Part shown: piece by piece, positions 57,655 through 64,000 of the stretch
Position numbering within the stretch: the stretch's first letter is position 1
How the letters are laid out: each line of letters begins with the position of its first letter
Sequence record: JN849462.1
Strand: one strand, 5' to 3'
DNA length: 64,000 bases
The notes under the pieces: generated by a model
The model's input: the letters and a program-made list of their open reading frames with translations, nothing else
The model's database searches: none
What the model was told of the DNA's origin: nothing
Program-made: the position numbers and the translations under genes

Positions 57655-57894
57655 TGGCGCCGCTCGTGTGAATCGAACACACGTCAAACACAACACCTCG
57701 TCCACCCGATTAGAGTTTCGAAGTAAGAGCTAATCAGCATTTCGGAGCAGTCGAGCGTTATTTCTACGAGTGAGCTTTCGACAACTCACACGCACTTTCT
57801 ACTCAGTCCCAGTGATTCGGTACCAACACAGGTTGCGAACCTATGTCTGCACTAATGTTGGGAAAACACTGCGTATTGTACACCAGTTAGCGGC
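57655..57894 (-). ncRNA. 240-nt tmRNA-shaped RNA with CCA end
   Basis: GCCGCU/AGCGGC acceptor, no D-stem, 8-bp helix in the anticodon position, GAC-GUGUG-UUCGAUU-CACAC, G73, CCA. Confidence 0.65.
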
Positions 57895-57901
57895 ATTTTA
57901 T

Positions 57902-58132
57902 TTAAAGATAGCTGTCAAAGACATCATCATCAACTTCTTCAATATTGATGTCAGCGTAACATTCATTCGCAATTGCTTGAATTTCATCTATTGAAACTGT
58001 ACCTGAGTACAAAACAACAGCGTCATTCGGAATCACAACATCACACATGTATTTGTTAAACATTGCAGTTCTGAAATCAGAATCAACAGAGTAATCATGC
58101 ATCGAAGTGATAACTAGCAATTTATGTGACAT
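57902..58132 (-). CDS. acidic hypothetical protein
   Basis: GAGG RBS; early promoter upstream. Confidence 0.5.
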   Translation of the reverse strand: MSHKLLVITSMHDYSVDSDFRTAMFNKYMCDVVIPNDAVVLYSGTVSIDEIQAIANECYADINIEEVDDDVFDSYL

Positions 58133-58210
58133 AATGTTTTCCTCGTGTAGTTGATAATGTGTATACTACACGTTGACGAAACGCCTGTCAACAACTTTTT
58201 CAATTTAATT

Positions 58211-58288
58211 TGGTGACCCCAACAGGGCTCGAACCTGTAACCCACCGATTATGAGTCGGTTGCTCTAACCTAGTTGAGCTATAGGGCC
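58211..58288 (-). tRNA. tRNA-Ile2(CAT), lysidine type
   Basis: GGCCCTATAGCTCA...CTCATAA, ileX-like body, CCA. Confidence 0.82.
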
Positions 58289-58289
58289 A

Positions 58290-58658
58290 TCATTTCTCTA
58301 GAAATCTACCAACTTTAGCAGCGAAGATGTTTGCTTCTTCTGCAATCAAAGCAGTCGATTTCATTTGATGAAAAGCGTCTTGTTGATGTAGAACATCTAG
58401 CTTACCCGCGCATTTCATCAGTTCTTTTACTGATTGCATAATCTCAATGTTATCAAGCTGACTAGTATCAGGGTGATGATTTAGATTATCTAAGATAGGG
58501 AGTACTTGTTGATAGCAACCCATACCGATGAAGTTTATCATAAGTCTGTACTGCATTTCAACAGCAAATGTACAATATTTTCGAAGATTGCGTTTTACAA
58601 TCTCACAGCGATGCAAGATACAATCAAGTTCGTCATTTATGTCATCAAACTTATTCAT
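58290..58658 (-). CDS. hypothetical protein
   Basis: GAGG RBS. Confidence 0.5.
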   Translation of the reverse strand: MNKFDDINDELDCILHRCEIVKRNLRKYCTFAVEMQYRLMINFIGMGCYQQVLPILDNLNHHPDTSQLDNIEIMQSVKELMKCAGKLDVLHQQDAFHQMKSTALIAEEANIFAAKVGRFLEK

Positions 58659-58672
58659 AAAACCTCGAAAAT

Positions 58673-58796
58673 TGGTGGAGAGTGATGGATTTGAACCACC
58701 GACCAAAAGATTTACCTAGTTATTAAGGTTTGCAGCATGAATGCTTGTCAGTATTCTTTAACATTCTTTTGCTCTACCAGACTGAGCTAACTCTCC
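58673..58796 (-). ncRNA. tRNA-shaped RNA with motif insert, anticodon undefined
   Basis: GGAGAGU/ACUCUCC-A-CCA; insert hairpin loop UGACAA followed by AUG-CUGCAA. Confidence 0.72.
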
Positions 58797-58805
58797 ATAA
58801 TTTGA

Positions 58806-58920
58806 GGGTGAAGTACAGGACTCGAACCTGCGACCTCCGGCGTGCATGTAAATGCAGAATGAAATCTTATCAGACTTCGTTTTTTGAGCCGGCATTCTAA
58901 CCAACTGAACTAACTTCACC
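58806..58920 (-). ncRNA. tRNA-shaped RNA with motif insert, no CCA
   Basis: CCGGC/GCCGG anticodon stem; GAAGUC-UGAUAA-GAUUUC followed by AUU-CUGCAU. Confidence 0.7.
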
Positions 58921-59037
58921 ATAGTGATCAACAGCCCTCAGAATACCCGCAGTCTACACCCTATAATAAGGGACTATACTGAGTCGTTTAATGAGTCGGA
59001 TAACTCAACTGTTAATCAAATTGTTAAAAACATATAG

Positions 59038-59160
59038 TTGCGGGTGCAGGATTCGAACCTACATCACGATCTTATGAATGATATGCGAAATTGATTGCCG
59101 TACAGATTCTTATCAGAATCAGTTTTGTGCTACGTGTGCTACCACTTACACCAACCCGCA
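59038..59160 (-). ncRNA. tRNA(CAT)-shaped RNA with a 50-nt insert, no CCA
   Basis: Insert after position 28; GAUUC-UGAUAA-GAAUC followed by GUA-CGGCAA; 8-nt loop AUUCAUAA. Confidence 0.7.
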
Positions 59161-59424
59161 ACTATATGCTTTCGGGATGCTTACGCAGGTTCTTCTCTAC
59201 GTAAGCACAGATCCTCAATGTATATTTTGCCTTAGCTAATCACAACACAACCCAATATCGTGCGCTTTAATTACGGGATTGATGACCCGTTCGCATGTGA
59301 TTAGCGTAAAAGTATGATTACGCACCTTTTCTTCTTCAATGTCCAAGGCAAAGAGGACTATGAATACCAGTGCGAGAAGATATACAATCAAATTGCTCAC
59401 CTCGCTTAATAAGTGAGAGTACAT

Positions 59425-59547
59425 TGGTCGAGTGTAACGGAATCGAACCGTTCCCACGATCTCCCTATGATATGCGTAAATTGGTTGCTGAATATAATCA
59501 TGTCTGATTACAGTATGCTACGTGTGCTGCCACTACACCAACACTCG
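59425..59547 (-). ncRNA. tRNA-Pro(AGG)-shaped RNA with a 49-nt insert
   Basis: C1-G72, A73, CCA; loop AUAGGGA; GUAAUC/GAUUAU hairpin followed by AUU-CAGCAA. Confidence 0.72.
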
Positions 59548-59562
59548 ACCAATATACTCTCG

Positions 59563-59714
59563 ATATTTTAAATGTGCGCTACTTGCACGCCGACTGAGCG
59601 AATTTTAACTCAGCTAGTTTTTGTTTGAGACATCGTCCGCTAAGACTATTCTCTGCATGCCAGAACTTATACTGGCTCTATGTATTCATTTCGGCTAACG
59701 CACATTTAAAATAT
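59563..59714 (-). ncRNA. 152-nt structured RNA closed by a perfect 16-bp stem
   Basis: AUAUUUUAAAUGUGCG/CGCACAUUUAAAAUAU; internal GCCAG/CUGGC and CUGAG/CUCAG hairpins. Confidence 0.6.
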
Positions 59715-59715
59715 T

Positions 59716-59820
59716 ACTCATCTTCAGAGAAGAGACAGAAACGATGAGTCTAGTCTGTTTAATCAATGTTGTTCATCTTCAAGAAGAGGCGAGAACGATG
59801 AACTTAGCTCGCTTAATCAA
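59716..59820 (-). repeat. tandem covarying H-type pseudoknot units at the operon 5' end
   Basis: Units at 59771-59820 and 59716-59766, with compensatory changes in both stems. Confidence 0.75.
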
Positions 59821-59828
59821 CTGTGTTA

Positions 59829-59857
59829 ATCTTATCAGCTTCTCAGCGAAAGTCAAC
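59829..59857 (-). promoter_or_regulatory. early promoter of the RNA operon (second one near 59920-59950)
   Basis: TTGACT-17-TAAGAT; upstream TTGACT-17-TAGAAT. Confidence 0.7.
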
Positions 59858-59964
59858 ATCTTTTTCAAATATTTCATCGAGTTGAAAGTTTGTTTTCTGT
59901 CTCTCGACTCGATGAAATACATTCTACATCCTTTTCAGATGAAGTCAACAACTATTTTAACTTT

Positions 59965-60219
59965 TTAAACGGAAATGATAATGCCGCTTTCAGTCTCACC
60001 TCGTTCAAGCGCAGCGTGCTTGATCTGAAGTTGTGATACTGCTTGCTGAAGTTCAATAATAGCTTTGTCATAAAGCTTGTTGTTCTCTTTAAGCAAAGCA
60101 ATCTGATCGGTCTGCATACCAATGATGTACGTTAGTAGAACAACGTTCTCATCAGTCGTCAGCGTTTCAGGCGCTTCATTGTACTTCTTCAGCACCGCTT
60201 CGGTAGATAGATCAGTCAT
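59965..60219 (-). CDS. coiled-coil hypothetical protein
   Basis: Coupled to gp57B. Confidence 0.5.
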   Translation of the reverse strand: MTDLSTEAVLKKYNEAPETLTTDENVVLLTYIIGMQTDQIALLKENNKLYDKAIIELQQAVSQLQIKHAALERGETESGIIISV

Positions 60220-60667
60220 TATTAGCAACCCATTCTAGATCTAATGGTTCGATATATTCATCGACAAGGCGAACCTCTGTATTGATGAACATAGGGGTGA
60301 TTACGTCGTCATAAGACAATGTGACGTGCGGAGTATAGTCAGGGTAATCGTGAGTACCACCGATAGAGATAAGGTCTTCGTGACGTTCTACAAGAGCAGG
60401 ACATGACATCTTAGCAACGACCGCGTGTTTACCGTCTTGCGTTTTCCAACAGTCAACTTGTTCAACAGTGGCAACGAAAGTGGTATCTACAACGGGCACA
60501 TCAATTTGCTTACGACTATAAAGCACAGTCACGTGGAATTTATCGGGATCTAACGGATTTTTTAGACGAAGCGTTTTTTGCAAGCGAACTAGTTCTTGCT
60601 TACTTGCTTCGTCTAATTTGATACCAACGTAAGTTCCCTGACTCTCAAGGAACTTAGATAGTTTCAT
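60212..60667 (-). CDS. acb1: 2H phosphodiesterase, T4 gp57B/Acb1-like anti-CBASS nuclease
   Basis: FHVTVLYS and TPHVTLSY (two HxT motifs); 57B synteny with 57A, 1 and 3. Confidence 0.8.
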   Translation of the reverse strand: MKLSKFLESQGTYVGIKLDEASKQELVRLQKTLRLKNPLDPDKFHVTVLYSRKQIDVPVVDTTFVATVEQVDCWKTQDGKHAVVAKMSCPALVERHEDLISIGGTHDYPDYTPHVTLSYDDVITPMFINTEVRLVDEYIEPLDLEWVANND

Positions 60668-60933
60668 TATTCAGCTTCTTTCTCTTTTTCGCCGTCGCCT
60701 TCTACAGGGCGTTCAGCTTTACCGGTTAGATAAGCGACTTCATCAACATAGTTCTGTAGAGAACTTGCTTTTTCTTGATCGAAGTCTAGCAGTTGAGCTA
60801 GTACACCAACGAATTGACCAAATGAATTGCGTTCAGCTTGAAGTGCTTCTTGCAAGTCAAATGTACGAACTTTCAGATCTTTGATTTGCGCGTCTTTCTG
60901 TTCGATTACTTGTTCTGGAGTTTGTTGTGACAT
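60667..60933 (-). CDS. 57A: tail fibre chaperone gp57A-like
   Basis: LKVRTFDLQE coiled coil; synteny. Confidence 0.7.
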   Translation of the reverse strand: MSQQTPEQVIEQKDAQIKDLKVRTFDLQEALQAERNSFGQFVGVLAQLLDFDQEKASSLQNYVDEVAYLTGKAERPVEGDGEKEKEAE

Positions 60934-60942
60934 TTCTTCACC

Positions 60943-61581
60943 TTAAAATAATTTGTTGATTTGTTCATGTAGTTCTTCAAGAGAACCATTATTGTCTATT
61001 TGAATTGCATCTTTGATAAAACCCAATTCAGTATCGCTAACGTGATTAGATGCAAGCGAACCTTCTCGGTTAACTTGAAGCATCGTGCCACCAAGCTCTT
61101 GTACCAATTCTAATTCGTTTTGAAAACGAACATCAGTGATTATAAACACCAAATCCGGGTTTTTAAACACTAGCTCATTGTATTTATTACGTGCGTAATT
61201 GATCCAATGTTGATCATCAAGCGAACGTGCAACGTCAGTGCCAGTCATTTGCAGTAAATCACGAATGCTGAACAGTTTCGTGTGAGGGAGCAACGTGTAG
61301 TAGACATAATCATAATCAGCGTCTACATTCGCGTACTCACAACAAGTCAAAACAAGTTCAATTGCTTCGTCGAGGGTAAATGTCGGGACTTCTCTATCAA
61401 AATTGTTTTGCCCGTCGATGTCTGCATACTCATAGCCATATTCTTTCAATCCAATGTACAAACCCTCTTTAATCGGGTCTGCAAACTTGTAAATGTAAGC
61501 ATTATCACTATGAATATCTTGAATGGCTTGAGCTACAGTATCTTTGCCTGAGCGTTTTTGTCCATTTATTCCTATTATCAT
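60943..61581 (-). CDS. 1: deoxynucleoside monophosphate kinase (gp1)
   Basis: GINGQKRSGKDT, FADPIK, RDLLQMTGTD, ITDVRF. Confidence 0.9.
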   Translation of the reverse strand: MIIGINGQKRSGKDTVAQAIQDIHSDNAYIYKFADPIKEGLYIGLKEYGYEYADIDGQNNFDREVPTFTLDEAIELVLTCCEYANVDADYDYVYYTLLPHTKLFSIRDLLQMTGTDVARSLDDQHWINYARNKYNELVFKNPDLVFIITDVRFQNELELVQELGGTMLQVNREGSLASNHVSDTELGFIKDAIQIDNNGSLEELHEQINKLF

Positions 61582-61656
61582 AATGAGTTACCAGTCAATA
61601 GTGTGTTTCGTCTATTGATTATACGACGAAAGTGCTATCTTCTAAACATGCACCAG

Positions 61657-61742
61657 CCATACTAGTTTCTCTAATATTTCTAATATCCCTAACTTCACTA
61701 AAACTACTAATACTACTAAGATGATGCCCAATTTTTGGGCCT
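61657..61742 (-). repeat. dispersed hairpin plus TTAGTAG-rich element, copy 2
   Basis: Minus strand GAGGCCCAAAAATTGGGCATCATCTTAGTAGTATTAGTAGTTTTAGTGAAGTTAG. Confidence 0.75.
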
Positions 61743-61813
61743 CAAATCCAAACCTGCCGCTTCGCTCTAGATTTAGATACAAAAAAGCCCCGAAAGGGGC
61801 TTATTGCTTTTTA

Positions 61814-62347
61814 CTAACCCATATAGGGTGTGATGACTTCTTCTTTGCCATCGACTTTATGGATCATTTCAAAGTACGAGTATTCAAACTCAACATCACA
61901 CGTTACAGTTTCAACATCACCTGCTTCAGTGTAGTTCCATTCAATAGCACTTAGAGACTTTGGAAACGCATTGACAAAGCGATACGTTGCAACAATCTTG
62001 TCTTTGTTATTGTCTAAAACATGAAGCAACATAGTAACTGGAACAATCCCGTCACTTGTACTAGCACCAGTTGGGTTATTCATGGTGATTAACCACTTGT
62101 ATAACTCAGCATAAGTACGCATTTCTTCATCGACTAGAAACTGAATCGACAGGTCATCGTAAGATGTACCAGAACCTGCTACATGGTTGTTCGCTAGTTT
62201 GGCATATTTGGGACCTCGTGTAATACTTGCAATTTCCATATTAACACCCGGGATAGTGGCAGTTTGAATCTGCCACTGAAACGTTTGTGTTGCGTTGTTA
62301 TCTGGGATGTCGATTCGGAAATTATTCTTCATCGTCAAGTTTTTCAT
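61814..62347 (-). CDS. 3: tail tube terminator/completion protein (gp3-like)
   Basis: NNFR..I, IPGVN, YDDLSIQFLVDE, WL, F.NAFP..LS...F.YSYF. Confidence 0.8.
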   Translation of the reverse strand: MKNLTMKNNFRIDIPDNNATQTFQWQIQTATIPGVNMEIASITRGPKYAKLANNHVAGSGTSYDDLSIQFLVDEEMRTYAELYKWLITMNNPTGASTSDGIVPVTMLLHVLDNNKDKIVATYRFVNAFPKSLSAIEWNYTEAGDVETVTCDVEFEYSYFEMIHKVDGKEEVITPYMG

Positions 62348-64000
62348 TAGTTCACGTTACCTCTTGTAGACGGAATCTTAGCTTCACCGCTCGTAGTCAA
62401 TGGGCGAGTGAAGTTGGTTGTATTTTGCACTGAACTTACAGCGTTGTTGACGAAGTTCGTCCCAACTTCTTTTGTTTGTTGTGCTGCTCTGTATGCTGCT
62501 TCACGCGCTGCGACAGCTTCTAAGATCACTGAACGTTTAATCTCTTGGAATGGCTTAATCAACCCTTCTTCAATCATACGTTGTCTCTCAGCAGCAACGA
62601 TAGCGTCTTCTTGCATTTGTTTCTTCTCAACTTCAGCCGCTAGGAACTTGTCTAGCGATTCAGTTGAACTTGCTAATGACTCGACTGGTCGTTTGATTGC
62701 ATCGGCAGCGTTCTTAGCACCGTCTATAACCGCTTGTGCTGTATTCTTAGCACCGTCTACGATCATATCCCCTGCTTTCCCTAGATAGTCAGTTTGATAG
62801 CGTGCATTGAGTCTGTCCTTGACTTCAGCCTTGCTTGCGTCAATACGCGCTCGGTTGCCTTCGATGTCTGCGCCAGCAATGAACTTCTCCATGCCTTCTG
62901 ACTTCAGAAAATCAGGTAGTGCATTTAATGCATTCACGACGAACTCTTTAACGTTTAACATTAGGTCATCTATTGCTAACATAAGAAGTCTGAATGAGTC
63001 GGGGATTGATAGCCAACTTGCAATGATCTTATTAACCGCATTGACATACATTTGAAACGCACTTCTAACGAAAGAAGTTACCTTCTCGAAGCCAGATACG
63101 ATTCCCTCAACTGCGCCTTCTGGTACAGCGTCTTTGATGTTTTCGCCGACGATTCCGAACCATTCACCAATCCCTCGAACCATATCCGTGAACCAGTTCG
63201 AGATTATACTGAATAGCATTGCTCGTTTTTCGGGGTCGCTAAAAATGTTCTTCAGCGCGCCGAAGATTCTGTCTAGCTCTTCTTCGAAGATTTTGTAAAT
63301 ACCATAACCTGCAACCATTGCAACTAGAGCCGCTGGGTTTAGCATTATCGCAACCATTCTACCTAGACCTAAGAATAATTGACGAACAACAGTCCACATC
63401 CATCCTTTTATGGTGCCGCTCATATCAGTAGCAAGAGCTTGAACTATATTACCTGTTCCTTTACTAAACTTACCGAACCCTAGAAGAATGTTAGATGCGA
63501 TTTTACCGAGCGTTCCGAATTTTGTTGCAGTCGAAGCAGCCATTGCCATTGATGTACTGAATGTCACCAATTGACCGCCTAACATCACTAACCCAACGCC
63601 GACAAGTCTGAATAATTTAGCAATCCATCCTAGTTTTTCACCAGCAAGGTGATTCGCGATACGTCGCAGATCACTAGCTTGATTGCGCTGAACTTTCATA
63701 TTCTCTTTGTAGCGTAGTTGTTCAGTCTTACGATTGCGAGTTTCGGTAACGACTTGATACGCGAAAATTTTCTTGTACAATGCGCTTATAAAGCCCACAG
63801 TCAACGGGGCGTTGTTACCCGCACCGTTCTGTAGAAAACTGTTTAAATCGTCGGCAGCCGTCTTCTGAAGCCCTATAACGCGCTTCATGTCGTTGACTCT
63901 AAAGATCAGACGTTCAAACCAACGATTAAAGCCCTCCTGCATACGTGCGAACTGCATTTTTGCAGTTAAGCGCATTTCTTGAATGCCACGATCAATACGA
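62347..64000 (-). CDS. tape-measure-like helical protein (frame open to the window edge)
   Basis: Ala/Gly-rich amphipathic repeats and hydrophobic segments; no stop upstream of the ATG at 63975. Confidence 0.6.
   Translation of the reverse strand, partial: RIDRGIQEMRLTAKMQFARMQEGFNRWFERLIFRVNDMKRVIGLQKTAADDLNSFLQNGAGNNAPLTVGFISALYKKIFAYQVVTETRNRKTEQLRYKENMKVQRNQASDLRRIANHLAGEKLGWIAKLFRLVGVGLVMLGGQLVTFSTSMAMAASTATKFGTLGKIASNILLGFGKFSKGTGNIVQALATDMSGTIKGWMWTVVRQLFLGLGRMVAIMLNPAALVAMVAGYGIYKIFEEELDRIFGALKNIFSDPEKRAMLFSIISNWFTDMVRGIGEWFGIVGENIKDAVPEGAVEGIVSGFEKVTSFVRSAFQMYVNAVNKIIASWLSIPDSFRLLMLAIDDLMLNVKEFVVNALNALPDFLKSEGMEKFIAGADIEGNRARIDASKAEVKDRLNARYQTDYLGKAGDMIVDGAKNTAQAVIDGAKNAADAIKRPVESLASSTESLDKFLAAEVEKKQMQEDAIVAAERQRMIEEGLIKPFQEIKRSVILEAVAAREAAYRAAQQTKEVGTNFVNNAVSSVQNTTNFTRPLTTSGEAKIPSTRGNVN

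Noticed and set aside
56999-59547. Inserts as tRNA introns
   Set aside because: Too short for group I introns, with no bulge-helix-bulge motif and non-canonical positions. They share a motif with free RNAs and an mRNA leader. Splicing was not tested, so it is not fully excluded.
59716-59820. HDV/theta, pistol or preQ1 identity for the pseudoknots
   Set aside because: P3/L3 is missing, the element order is wrong for pistol, and preQ1 consensus nucleotides are absent.
1-64000. CRISPR array, rRNA, integrase or IS element
   Set aside because: No regularly spaced direct repeats, rRNA-like sequence or transposase/integrase motifs were seen.

Overview
The window is a 64-kb slice of a large T4-like myovirus genome. 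Evidence: gp52 topoisomerase, nrdA/nrdB/glutaredoxin, gp57B/57A/1/3, T4-type late promoters (C/T)ATAAATA and sigma70-type early promoters. NAMPT, QueE and a large tRNA cluster resemble KVP40/nt-1-type vibriophages; the host is only an inference. Left part: early accessory genes, a late Thr/Ser-repeat protein followed by glycosyltransferase-like, QueC-like, NAMPT-like and radical SAM genes, then NAMPT, RNR with an HNH endonuclease, gp52, QueE, endolysin, PhoH and a Tad2-like gene. Middle: two modular tail fibres, an RNase H-like gene and a TROVE/Ro60-like (DUF2828-type) gene. Right: about 10 kb of minus-strand RNA genes, with 29 canonical tRNAs covering all 20 amino acids and many non-canonical RNAs. 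Main discovery: one RNA motif, a helix followed by 3 nt and C(A/U/G)GCAA, recurs about 11 times, always on the transcribed strand. It occurs in a hairpin that sequesters the TROVE-like gene's own AUG, in five tRNA-shaped RNAs with 40-50-nt inserts in the anticodon arm, in a circularly permuted YrlA-like tRNA mimic, in two paralogous 214-247-nt RNAs and in two minimal RNAs. This suggests an autoregulated phage Ro60-like RNP system. Also notable: tandem covarying H-type pseudoknots at the operon 5' end, a 240-nt tmRNA-shaped RNA with non-Ala identity, and a 46-nt armless mini-tRNA. All structures were derived by eye; no folding or database searches were run.
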